From the NCBI GenBank assembly GCA_965248265.1, contig CBDFJF010000002.1, positions 128,001 to 192,000 of the forward strand: a stretch of DNA of 64,000 nucleotides. Direction: 5' to 3'. The notes below the pieces were generated by a model. That model did no database searches. It saw nothing but the letters and a program-made list of their open reading frames with translations, and was not told the origin of the DNA. The position numbers and the translations under genes are program-made. This stretch comes from Candidatus Latescibacterota bacterium. Lineage in GTDB: Bacteria > Latescibacterota > UBA2968 > UBA8231. Positions 39,801-48,345 of this stretch are shown piece by piece (the first letter of the stretch is position 1; every line of letters starts with the position of its first letter).

Positions 39801-41286
39801 GACACTGGAGACGGTCACTTACCTGGATGACTTCGGGGAGCTGGTGATCGATTCCCGGGGAAGTGAAACCAATCTCCATCTTCAAGCCGCCTGGGTGACA
39901 CCCGTCCTCGACAGCCTCGTCGTCACCCTGGATGCTCCGTGGCAGATGCAGGATGGCGTCGTCGACTGGGAGGCGGGACAGGTGCGGGCGCGCTCTGATG
40001 GCATAAACCTGTTTCTGCTTCTGGAGTTGATTCCGCAACTGCAGAACCTGGATGGTTTTGCCCGGGCCGATCTGGAGATCCACGGGCTCGCTGGCCGCTC
40101 GCAGGTGCGTGGCGACATCGAAATCGAAGACCTGGAGTTGTCGTTGCCGGACGTCACACCGGGGTACGTCTTCCCCCACGGAGCTGTCCGTTTCAGCGGC
40201 AGCGGTGGCAGAGGAGAGATCGCCGAGTTTGTCGGCGGAACCGATGGCGGTGGCGGACGCGGACGTCTTGAGTTGTCTGGTTACATCGACCTCTCCGCGT
40301 TAGACGATCCGGACTATGAGCTGGTCGTCGATGCGAAAGGCGTGCCGTACCGCTATGAAGACACCTTCGACGTTCCTGGTCTGAATTTCCATGTGGGGTT
40401 TCGTCGCAACGCCGCAGAGCGGCTGCTGTGGGGTGAGATCAATGTGGATGGCGCCGCCATCGAGCCGACCCTCGTCAACTTCAGTGCCACCACGGTGCCA
40501 CCGCCTCCGGCGCTCAAGAATCCGTTTCTGGAGAGTACGGCCCTGGACCTCTACCTGGATCTGCGCAATACAAGAGTGAAGAACGAGCTCAGCGACATGA
40601 TGCTGGAGGGTAGTTCGCGGCTGTACGGGACCTTTTACAAACCCCGGTTCCAGGGGGAAATCCATTTGCTGGCGGAGGGCAAGATCGCGGTGCTGAGTCG
40701 TGAGTTCTCTCTCACGAAGGGTCGCATCGGGTTGGATCGTCTGGTGCCGACCTACTCCATCCTGGATCTGGCGTACGATCCACTGTTGTTGAACCCGGAG
40801 TTGGATATCGAGGCCGTGGCTGACGTGTGGAACCACGATGATCAAGAGGAGACGGAGGTGGTGATGACGCTGAGCGGCACGGCGCTGCAAAGTGAGCCCG
40901 TGTTCTCCGCGGCCGACCTCGGTGACACTGAGGTGCTCAGCCTGTTGGCCTTCGGCTCTACCAAGAGTTTCCGCACGGACGACCTCTACACCGCGGCCGG
41001 CCAGCTGCTGCTGCGCGGGCAGGTGAGCAAGGTCGGGCTCGACGAGTTTGCCCTGCTGCCTTCGGGCACCGTAAGCGAAAGCATCGGAGAGACCACAGTC
41101 CGGGTCGGGAAGTTCTTCTCGTTTCTGGTTCCCATATGGGTGCGCTATGAAACTCCGACCAGTCTCCCCACCAGCGGAGAGGTCGAGCTCGAATACAAGC
41201 TCGGCTCGTTTTTGAATATCAAAGCAAGCTCCCAATCAGAGTACGATCTGTACGGGGCTGGCATCGGGGTGAAGAAGAGCTACTGA
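36883..41286 (+). CDS. tamB: TamB-family translocation/assembly module protein
   Basis: 1467 aa, N-terminal TM, beta-rich, C-terminal NP.LDI.A...LSGT...P...LSLLAFG (DUF490-like). Confidence 0.8.
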   Translation: MIDRRIIVSASAFAALALLLLASPLGTYIAGAVLSRGGAAGSGWQVRIGATSGWLIGTPTLHDVRFENEHGDIAIRAEQLSYSPWSSHIRIRGPVVSVTQGETASSTDADSEPPRLPVGELPSVSLTGGVVEVRDATDSLVFVAEGVEVESAAAPQENAGAEPAVLVQLASKRLQVSRNADSPPIEGVAKVRLLVSADRVAVEELRIDGVFSDRSLAAQAKGMLLLHRHWPLEVDLLVEESDGPAPASASTRLHGTLSPLALEGNFTAALADSALGDVQLESAVTLSDARVTLANAKAGLLGGEIGLYATYAFEADSATIEADASNLQAHRMGLDFMGGLMGDRIDGTLEATVRPSISVYSGSMRARVQGARLLDQPPHDVELEADLSPSGHLDAVARTNLGRLAVTGDLDLSAAISYDLALAGHIDPTAVLGQAVSKLAVSGQVKPGDVRVRLRADEVSYLHDVVGPVGVDLQLTDGRYLSASAVVEGDQARAHLKADLESGQLDTLEAVVSTLPVDRVLNEADGELDAHLSGGGGLGLSTAKVSGTIGLGSLQLSGWTLGDITAALTLDEGHGKVELNGDGLAVVASVDTSGAFAGNATLAGARFVKGSDDGEQDRIVAGGHAHWAGNLSMGIDQWEAGLELDSLSAVLSGYDLHSDGPVRIDYAGAATTIDNTRWHTPLGDLLLRGTVGDELNLSAAIDSLTPAMVVPELAGFGSAYLDLTGSLRQPQAVAQISLGDLTMGGHPVGDFEAQLALRQPQAPDSMVVTAALDQSLLGLAKRAALSVRFSALADAVVEADLVEAADPSRALLQIEAVDLDASGPLSYVAGDSLSALLGVRGRLSLLASRLSDWGHAEGTLEIERLDLGNAAARVGLQAKETTVVHVAEGKRIEMPAAAVLPVQRFDDEQERFENAGMLSMRTASQSDRARVSIELEEVDLKVIEALSAGSIELPSGAIDGSLAIDDSTQGTALTLETVTYLDDFGELVIDSRGSETNLHLQAAWVTPVLDSLVVTLDAPWQMQDGVVDWEAGQVRARSDGINLFLLLELIPQLQNLDGFARADLEIHGLAGRSQVRGDIEIEDLELSLPDVTPGYVFPHGAVRFSGSGGRGEIAEFVGGTDGGGGRGRLELSGYIDLSALDDPDYELVVDAKGVPYRYEDTFDVPGLNFHVGFRRNAAERLLWGEINVDGAAIEPTLVNFSATTVPPPPALKNPFLESTALDLYLDLRNTRVKNELSDMMLEGSSRLYGTFYKPRFQGEIHLLAEGKIAVLSREFSLTKGRIGLDRLVPTYSILDLAYDPLLLNPELDIEAVADVWNHDDQEETEVVMTLSGTALQSEPVFSAADLGDTEVLSLLAFGSTKSFRTDDLYTAAGQLLLRGQVSKVGLDEFALLPSGTVSESIGETTVRVGKFFSFLVPIWVRYETPTSLPTSGEVELEYKLGSFLNIKASSQSEYDLYGAGIGVKKSY

Positions 41287-43472
41287 TGCGGATTGCTTCA
41301 GCAGTCGCCCTGGCAGGGATTGTTCTGTTCGCGGGCACGGCCGAAGGTGCGCGCAGGTCAGTATCGATGTCCGATCTGGAAGACGGTAAGGTCAAGGTCG
41401 GCTACCTCGTGCGTTTCACTCACCTCGACATCAAACCGTTCAAGAACGGGGTGCTGCGCTCGGTGATGACGACGCGCAAGGGCGAGCGCTTCGAGCGTCG
41501 CTTCTTCCGCAACGATCTGGCCACGCTGGAAAATCTGTACCGTGGTGCCGGGTACCTGAGCGTGAAGATCGTCCGCCGGGTGTTTGAACTGGATGAAAAG
41601 GGCAAGCTCCACATCCGGATCAAGATCGACTCCGGCCCCCGTTGGACGGTCGCAGGTGTATCCATCGAGTTGGAAGGGCAAGGTGCCGATCACACGGGTG
41701 CACGGGACAGGATTCGAGTGGCGTCGGGCCAACACTTCCGCTATGCCGATGTTCTGGCTGACGAGCGCGAGGTACTGGTTTTTCTCAACAGCCGCGGCTA
41801 CGCCCGTGCGCACGTCGAGAACCGGATCGACTACGACCCGGCGGCGCACACGGCTGACGTGTTCTACCACATCGATCCCGGCCGGCGCATGTACTTCGGT
41901 GCGATCGAGATCGTCGGACGGGCTGGCGTCGACGCCGGGATGAAGACGGACCGAGGCCTGGTCCACGACCATCTGACCTTTCGTCAGGGTCAACGCTTTA
42001 ACCCGGCGGATCTAAGGCGCACCCGCAGCAAGCTGGCGGCGACGAATCTATTTCGCTCGGTCACCGTGCACATGCCTGAGGTGGCCTCCGGCGACAGCGT
42101 TCAGCCGGTGCAGATCCAGTTACAGGAACGCAAGTTCATTCACCTGGAAGCCAATGCCTTCGTCAACAACGAGGAACCGGGCCTGTCCGGCAATGCCAGG
42201 CACGAAAACTGGCTCGGCCGGGGTACCCATGTTGGCCTTGATGCCAGCCTTGGCCGGCCGATTCAGGGAGCCACGGTTTATCTGACGGAGCCCACCGTGT
42301 TCGACCTGCCGTTGGACTTTACGCTGGCGGCCGGTGTCACCGATGAATGGGAACCCAAGGAGGTGACGGCAAATCCGAATGATTCGCTGCAGTTCGATCA
42401 ATTCGCGCGCAATCATTCCATCGTCCAGGGATTGGTCGAATTTGCCGAGCGGGGTCTGGGCGATCTGTTAGAGATCGGTCCGAGTGAGTTCATCGGGTCC
42501 AATCAGCTCAGCTATGACTCCGTCGAGAGGCTGTGGAAGGTCGATGCCATTCTGGCGCGACGCTGGGAATCGGCGCGCAAGGCGCGCTACGAAACACAGC
42601 TGGCCCTGACCTGGGAGCAGTCGCTGAATCAACCGGTGCGGGGTAGCGTGATCGGGCTCAATCAGCAAACCAGCCTGGTACCGGCGGTGCCCGATAGTAG
42701 TGACGATCCTTTTGGTGGCGATGACCCCTTCGGCGGCGACGATCCATTTGGAGACGATGACCCATTCGGAGACGACGATCCATTTGCTGACGATGATCCA
42801 TTTGCCGACTCCGGCAAACCGCTACAGGATGGGGAGCTACCAGTAGACTACGCCGACGGCGAATTTCCAGTGACGCCGATATGGCGCGCGATTCTGCGGG
42901 ATCAGGCCAAGACTATCAATGCCAGCGTCGCCTTTCAGCGCGACTCCCGCGACAATCAGATCGCGCCGTCGAGGGGATCGTATTTGAGGGCGAGCGCCCT
43001 CTACGCGGTCAAGGTTACCGGTCGTAGAAGCCAGGTCGTCGACGGTGAGCTCGAGGGCCGCCTCTACCAGCCGCTGGGTAGCCATGTGGTGTGGGCGGCG
43101 GCGACACGCTGGGTACAAACTGCCTCCTTACAGAACTCGAGCGCCATGCCCCAGGCCTACTGGATCGAGCTGGGTGGCGAGGGCAGTGTGCGCGGGGTCA
43201 ATCGCAGCACCATCATCGCCGTCGACGGCGGCCGCACCGGGTTGAATCTGCGATCAGAGCTTCGTCTTCGAGTCGCCGGCTTCGGTGGAGTCCTGTTCTG
43301 GGACCGGGCAGGTGTCTGGCGTGAGCTGAATGAGGCTGACTGGTCCAGCATGGTCGATGGCTACGGCTTCGGCGTGCGCTACGATCTGGGAATTCCGCTG
43401 CGCCTGGACGTCGGCTGGAGCGAGGATTTCAAGCGTCGCGAAATCTATTTCTCCATCGGACAGGCGTTCTAA
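41286..43472 (+). CDS. TamA/BamA-family Omp85 protein
   Basis: POTRA-like segments, LGGEGSVRG, GFGVRY..PLRLD.G, C-terminal FSIGQAF. Confidence 0.88.
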   Translation: MRIASAVALAGIVLFAGTAEGARRSVSMSDLEDGKVKVGYLVRFTHLDIKPFKNGVLRSVMTTRKGERFERRFFRNDLATLENLYRGAGYLSVKIVRRVFELDEKGKLHIRIKIDSGPRWTVAGVSIELEGQGADHTGARDRIRVASGQHFRYADVLADEREVLVFLNSRGYARAHVENRIDYDPAAHTADVFYHIDPGRRMYFGAIEIVGRAGVDAGMKTDRGLVHDHLTFRQGQRFNPADLRRTRSKLAATNLFRSVTVHMPEVASGDSVQPVQIQLQERKFIHLEANAFVNNEEPGLSGNARHENWLGRGTHVGLDASLGRPIQGATVYLTEPTVFDLPLDFTLAAGVTDEWEPKEVTANPNDSLQFDQFARNHSIVQGLVEFAERGLGDLLEIGPSEFIGSNQLSYDSVERLWKVDAILARRWESARKARYETQLALTWEQSLNQPVRGSVIGLNQQTSLVPAVPDSSDDPFGGDDPFGGDDPFGDDDPFGDDDPFADDDPFADSGKPLQDGELPVDYADGEFPVTPIWRAILRDQAKTINASVAFQRDSRDNQIAPSRGSYLRASALYAVKVTGRRSQVVDGELEGRLYQPLGSHVVWAAATRWVQTASLQNSSAMPQAYWIELGGEGSVRGVNRSTIIAVDGGRTGLNLRSELRLRVAGFGGVLFWDRAGVWRELNEADWSSMVDGYGFGVRYDLGIPLRLDVGWSEDFKRREIYFSIGQAF
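42702..42809 (+). repeat. Six 18-bp coding repeats encoding (DDPFGG/GD/AD) x6
   Basis: In frame within the Omp85 gene; synonymous positions differ between units. Confidence 0.95.
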
Positions 43473-43540
43473 CGACCCCTGGCAGAAGGGGGTACCCGGA
43501 TTGACCAAGGGCAGAGCCACGTATACATTCGGAATTGAAA

Positions 43541-43893
43541 GGGGGCGTAACGGCTTCGACGGGGATGGTGAGGATTTGATCGCGTGCCGAGGTCCCGAAA
43601 CCTCGTTAATAATCGGGAAAAACTTCAAAAGCCAACGATAACTCGTACGCTTTGGCCGCATAGATTGGGCCCGTCAGTGTGATGTGGCGTCTGCACCGCG
43701 CGCACTGGTGTCATTGAAAGCAGGCTAGCCGATGACTCCCGTTCCAGGGTAATCGGCGAATCCTCTGGAACTGGCACCCCCGGAATCTTGTCAGTCGGAG
43801 TCCGGGGGGGCGAGAACAAAAGACTGACTACGCACGTAGGGATCTCTTTTGAACCGTTTTCGGACGCGGGTTCAACTCCCGCCGCCTCCACCA
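43541..43893 (+). ncRNA. ssrA: tmRNA
   Basis: 5' GGGGGCG pairs with 3' CGCCTCC-A-CCA with the G3-U70 pair; T-arm GCGGGTTCAACTCCCGC; tag ORF ANDNSYALAA* at 43631-43663. Confidence 0.97.
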
Positions 43894-43910
43894 TTTTTCG
43901 ACGCACAACT

Positions 43911-43941
43911 CGTCTCTCCGGGGTAGCCCCCCGGAGAGACG
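43911..43941 (+). terminator. Strong hairpin just after tmRNA
   Basis: CGTCTCTCCGGGG...CCCCGGAGAGACG; no clear T-tract. Confidence 0.5.
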
Positions 43942-44150
43942 TGCGTCCAAAAACCCCTTAGTTTCAAAGGGTTTGGGCGTTCCTCACATCATTCCCGCTC
44001 CATTCCCCACCGGTCGAATTCGTCCTGTTCCGCAGCCTCTTATTCTCTGTTTGGCCCGAATTCTCTGTTCCTTCTGGACTTCGTCCAAACCTCGTCCAGA
44101 CGGGTTAATCCATTTGATATCAACGGGTTGAGCCAAAACCGCCGTTTTCG

Positions 44151-44290
44151 GGAGTTGTGGGAACACGTCCTGTGCTCGGTCGTGAGCACCCGAGAGTTCG
44201 AACCATCGTCCAGAAGACTTGGAGTTGTGGGAACTCATCAAATGGTCCAGTTGGAGCACCCGAGAGTTCGAACCCCTCGTCCGACAGTTT
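44151..44290. repeat. Two 70-bp tandem units with conserved blocks and a variable 19-bp segment
   Basis: GGAGTTGTGGGAAC at 44151 and 44221; GAGCACCCGAGAGTTCGAACC at 44184 and 44254. Confidence 0.92.
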
Positions 44291-44480
44291 GGAAAGGCCT
44301 GCGGTAGGTAACCGGCGAAAGGGCTGGGCACGGCGCCCGGCCGCAGCGTCAGAAACCAGACAACGGACTGGCAGCGAGAGCTGAGGCGGTTGTGGGTGTC
44401 GGCGAACCCGCCCCACGCCGTTCGGCGAGTTCCCAGGCATCCACACCGGCCCATCCGGTCCCGAGCCGCCGGAGGTCACG

Positions 44481-44678
44481 ATGTGGAATGCCGATTTCGA
44501 GCCGGGAGCCGTCCCTACCGCCTTTCCTGAAGCGGAGCTCCGCCCGGAGCCCGATCCCCTTTCCCCGAAAGCCAATCTGGAGGCCATCGCGTCCATTCTG
44601 GCCGCAGGCGTCCTGCGCCGGAGAGCCCGAGATAGCGCCTCTCCGCGCGATGTCAGGAGAAAAGAGAAGAATCTCTAA
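44481..44678 (+). CDS. Small hypothetical protein of the kind found upstream of DUF2924-recombinase modules
   Basis: GGAGG RBS; LEAIASILAAGVLR helix. Confidence 0.6.
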   Translation: MWNADFEPGAVPTAFPEAELRPEPDPLSPKANLEAIASILAAGVLRRRARDSASPRDVRRKEKNL

Positions 44679-44760
44679 ACGTAAGCGGGAGAAGGACTTG
44701 CTTTCCTGTGCGAACAGAGCGTTCGTGTCTAACAAACGCGTCCAGTAGGCCAATGAGGGA

Positions 44761-45282
44761 GTGCCCGTGAATCAGTTCGGAAAGGGATCGCAAGAGAGCA
44801 GCAACGGCTCCCGCACCCGTCATTCCGTCCTGCGACAGCTGGCGACGCTCGAGACCATGACGATGGCGCAGCTGCAGGAGAAGTGGCGCGATCTCTACGG
44901 CAGCGAGCCGCCCCAATACAAGCGACAGTTCCTCATCAAGCGCCTGGCCTATCGCATCCAGGAACTCTTCTACGGCGGCCTGTCGGAGGCCGCCAAGACG
45001 CATTTGAAGCACGTCGCGGAGGACGACCCCGCGGCCCGAGTGGACGGCAGGGTCTCCGACAACCCCCCGAGCACGGCGGACATCCTGCCGGGCACCCGGT
45101 TCGTCAGGATATGGAAGGACCGCCGCTATGAGGTCCTCGCTCACCAGAGCGGCTTCGAGTACGACGGCCGGATCTTCCGGTCCTTGAGCGCCGTGGCTCG
45201 CGAAATTACCGGCACTCGGTGGAACGGCAAGCTCTTCTTCGGGCTGAAGAAGAGCAACGACACAGGTGGCCGGCATGCCTGA
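44761..45282 (+). CDS. DUF2924-family protein
   Basis: L...W..LYG..PP, RLAYRIQE..YGGL, PGTRF.R.W, SLSAVAREITGTRWNG..FFGL. Confidence 0.9.
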   Translation: MPVNQFGKGSQESSNGSRTRHSVLRQLATLETMTMAQLQEKWRDLYGSEPPQYKRQFLIKRLAYRIQELFYGGLSEAAKTHLKHVAEDDPAARVDGRVSDNPPSTADILPGTRFVRIWKDRRYEVLAHQSGFEYDGRIFRSLSAVAREITGTRWNGKLFFGLKKSNDTGGRHA

Positions 45283-46861
45283 TACCGACACGAACAACTC
45301 CATGGAGACGAAGCTCATCCGTTGCGCCATCTACACCCGCAAGAGCCACGAGGAAGGCCTCGAGCAGGAGTTCAACTCGCTGGATGCCCAGAGGGAGTCG
45401 GCCGAGGCCTACATCGAAAGCCAACGCATGCAGGGCTGGCGCGCTCTGCCCGACCGCTACGACGACGGGGGGTTCTCCGGCGGCAACATGGAGCGCCCGG
45501 GACTACAGCGTCTGCTGGCCGACGTGGATGCAGGGAAGGTGGACGTGATCGTGGTGTACAAGATCGACCGCCTCTCGCGGTCGCTGCTCGACTTCATGAA
45601 GATGATCGAGCGGTTCAACGAGCAAGGCGTCAGCTTCGTCTCGGTCACCCAGCACTTCAACACCACCGACCCGACCGGGCGCATGTTCCTGGGCATCCTG
45701 ATCACCTTTGCCCAGTACGAGCGCGAGGTCATCGCCGAACGCATCCGGGACAAGGTGGCGGCGGCCAAGCGGCGGGGCAAGTACTGTGGCGGCCCGGCCA
45801 TCCTCGGTTACGACGTCGACCGGGAGCAAAAGAAGCTGCGCGTCAATGCGGAGGAAGCGCCGCTGGTCCAACACATCTTCCGGCGATTCACCCAGCTGGC
45901 CTCGTCCAAATCGCTGGCCGCCGAGCTCAACGAGCAGGGCTACCACACCAAGTCCTGGACCACGAAGAAAGGAAAACATCGGCCAGGCAGTCCCTGGAAC
46001 ACCGGCCACATCTACCGCTTGCTCGGCAACCGCACCTATAGGGGCGAGGTGGTCCACAAGGGGAAGGGCTATCCCGGCGAGCATGAGGCCATCGTTTCCA
46101 AGGGACTGTGGGAGAAGGTTCAGGCGGTGCTCTCGGAAAACACTCGGGCGAAGCAGACCAGGGCCCAGACCAAGACCATTTCTCCGCTCCAGGGAGTGAT
46201 CCGCTGCGGACACTGTGACGGCGCGATGGGGTTGACCTACACCCAGCGAGGGTCGCGGCGCTACTCCTACTATCACTGCGCGAAGGACGCCAAACGAGCG
46301 GTCAGCCGCTGCCGGCTCAAGCGTGTCCCGGCCGGGAACATCGAAGAGGTCGTGCTGGAGCAGTTGAGCGCGGTCTTCCGAACCCCGACGCTCATGTCCC
46401 AGACCTACTTTGCCGCCAAAGGGATGGAAGACGCCGAGCGGGAACGGCTGCTGAAACAGAAAGAGCAACTGGAAGACGATCTCCTGACCGTCCGCGAGCG
46501 GGCGCTTGCGGAGGCAGCGCCCAACGGCAACGGGTCGGACCCCGGACCGACGTTGGTCGATCTCAACCAGGAGGCGGTGACCCTGAGTCGCCAGCTGACG
46601 GATGTCTCGGCCAGAGCCCAGGCGTTCGAGTCAGATCCAGTCGCGGAACGGGAGGTCTCGGAGGCCTTCCAAAGCGTGGAGACCTTTTGGGACGACCTGT
46701 TCCCGCTGGAACGCAACCGGCTAATCCGGCTGCTGGTCGAGAAAGTGGAAATCCGGGAAACCGGCATCGACATGGAACTGAAGACCCAGGGCCTCACCAG
46801 CCTCATCGTCGAACTGAACGGCTTGGCGAGCGAAGCCACGGAACGGGGCCACGGCCGATGA
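45275..46861 (+). CDS. Large serine recombinase
   Basis: CAIYTRKS (catalytic Ser), D.GFSG..MERPGL, YKIDRLSR, recombinase domain, CGHC...Y.C zinc ribbon, coiled coil. Confidence 0.95.
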   Translation: MPDTDTNNSMETKLIRCAIYTRKSHEEGLEQEFNSLDAQRESAEAYIESQRMQGWRALPDRYDDGGFSGGNMERPGLQRLLADVDAGKVDVIVVYKIDRLSRSLLDFMKMIERFNEQGVSFVSVTQHFNTTDPTGRMFLGILITFAQYEREVIAERIRDKVAAAKRRGKYCGGPAILGYDVDREQKKLRVNAEEAPLVQHIFRRFTQLASSKSLAAELNEQGYHTKSWTTKKGKHRPGSPWNTGHIYRLLGNRTYRGEVVHKGKGYPGEHEAIVSKGLWEKVQAVLSENTRAKQTRAQTKTISPLQGVIRCGHCDGAMGLTYTQRGSRRYSYYHCAKDAKRAVSRCRLKRVPAGNIEEVVLEQLSAVFRTPTLMSQTYFAAKGMEDAERERLLKQKEQLEDDLLTVRERALAEAAPNGNGSDPGPTLVDLNQEAVTLSRQLTDVSARAQAFESDPVAEREVSEAFQSVETFWDDLFPLERNRLIRLLVEKVEIRETGIDMELKTQGLTSLIVELNGLASEATERGHGR

Positions 46862-47280
46862 GCACGCAGCCGAGCCTCGCGCTGACAGAGACCGGCAACC
46901 TCCGGATTCATATTCCGATGCACATCCGGCGGATGCGGGGGCGGAAGATGATCTTCGCCCCCCAGGCGCTGGATGGCGAGGTTCCCGACAGCCCATCGGA
47001 CGTTCAAGCGGCCGTGGTTCAAGCCCTGGGCCGGGCGTTCTCCTGGTCGGAGGCGATGGAGAGGGGGGCGTTTCGCTCCGTTTCGGATCTGGCGAGGAAC
47101 CTGGACGTGGATACCTCCTACGTGGCGCGCATCCTGAAGCTGACAACGTTGGCCCCCGACATCATCGAAGCGATCCTCAATGGCGAGGAACCGTCCGGCC
47201 TGTCGCTCGCCCAACTGATCCGAACTTTCCCCATGGACTGGGAGCAGCAGAGAGCCCTGTTCGGATTCACCTCAGGCTGA
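46858..47280 (+). CDS. HTH-containing hypothetical protein coupled to the recombinase
   Basis: ATGA overlap; SVSDLARNL.VD.SYVARIL.L..LAPDIIEAIL.G. Confidence 0.8.
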   Translation: MSTQPSLALTETGNLRIHIPMHIRRMRGRKMIFAPQALDGEVPDSPSDVQAAVVQALGRAFSWSEAMERGAFRSVSDLARNLDVDTSYVARILKLTTLAPDIIEAILNGEEPSGLSLAQLIRTFPMDWEQQRALFGFTSG

Positions 47281-47502
47281 GTCGCCACCCCTGTCGCAGT
47301 AGGTCCAAGTCGCGATTCACGCGATCCCATCCGCGAGAAGAACGTCCGCCCCATCGCCGGTGTCCAGCACTGGAACCGCCAGCGCGTGATGTGGGCGCAG
47401 CTCATCGCCCGGCAGCGGCGAGGAGCAGCCCTCCGCAGGATCGGGCGGACATCGTCCCCCGTCCCCACCTTTTCTCCAACCGGTTCGACGCCCTTTTTAG
47501 GG

Positions 47503-47540
47503 CCTCTGATATTTTTTATTTAACCTCTGATATAATAGGT
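47503..47540 (+). promoter_or_regulatory. Putative lexA promoter/operator
   Basis: CCTCTGATAT direct repeat (47503, 47524), perfect TATAAT at 47531-36, ACCT-N10-AGGT dyad. Confidence 0.65.
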
Positions 47541-47649
47541 ATATATATTGATCTCTTTGACACACGGCCGGGTGTCCCTCGGTCGACGATCCAGATTTCT
47601 CCGGTCCATTGATACAGCAACCGCGATCTCCCTTGAGAGAGGATCTGAA

Positions 47650-48327
47650 ATGAGCAGCCAGGCGAGAGGAAGACCACCCATTGACGAAATCACCAGCCCA
47701 CAGCGGCGCACGTTGCGCGAGCTGCGCCGCTTCACTAACCGGCGGGGGTTTCCCCCGACCATCCAGGAGCTCGCGGACATCCTCGGGATATCGGGCCCGA
47801 GCGTCCGTGACCAGGTGAACCAGCTCGTGCGCAAAGGCTACGTGAAGCGGGAGTCGAGGAAGGCTCGCGGGCTTACCGTTGTTCGGGAGCCGACGGATGA
47901 GGTGCTCGAGCTGCTGGCGGTTCCCATCGTCGGCAGCGTTGTCGCCGGCCAGCCGATCCTGGCTGAGGAGAACGTCATCGGCGAGGTTCTCGTCGACAGC
48001 CGGGCCGTCCGTTCCGGCCGCTGCTTCGCCCTGGAAGTGCGGGGTGACAGCATGATCGGCGCCGGCATCCGCGATCAGGACTTGGTCGTGGTTCGGGAAC
48101 AGCCCGTGGCGGAAAGCGGCGACATCGTGGTCGCGCTCCTCGATCAGGAGGCCACGGTCAAGCGGCTCTCTATCCGTGACGAACGAATCGAACTCCGGCC
48201 CGAGAATCCGAAACACCGTCCTATGCCGATCGGCCCGGACGATGGACTGCGCATCCTGGGCAAGGTCGTGGCCATCAGCCGATCCGGGATCGACGAGTCG
48301 AACGCCGGAGCGATCCAAGACCAGTAG
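47650..48327 (+). CDS. lexA: Element-encoded LexA-family repressor
   Basis: GFPPT..EL wHTH, VAGQP cleavage site, VRGDSM (Ser), EATVK (Lys). Confidence 0.9.
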   Translation: MSSQARGRPPIDEITSPQRRTLRELRRFTNRRGFPPTIQELADILGISGPSVRDQVNQLVRKGYVKRESRKARGLTVVREPTDEVLELLAVPIVGSVVAGQPILAEENVIGEVLVDSRAVRSGRCFALEVRGDSMIGAGIRDQDLVVVREQPVAESGDIVVALLDQEATVKRLSIRDERIELRPENPKHRPMPIGPDDGLRILGKVVAISRSGIDESNAGAIQDQ

Positions 48328-48345
48328 ATAAGGAGAGTCCAACCC

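Noticed and set aside
44151-44290. CRISPR array or true tRNA genes
   Set aside because: Only two units, 19-bp variable parts that pair with the repeat, no cas genes, and no 7-bp acceptor stem or CCA. Kept as an unexplained repeat.
44711-44725. Gram-positive SOS box (CGAAC-N5-GTTCG) upstream of DUF2924
   Set aside because: The spacer is 5 rather than 4 bp and it is a single instance; it may just be part of the promoter.
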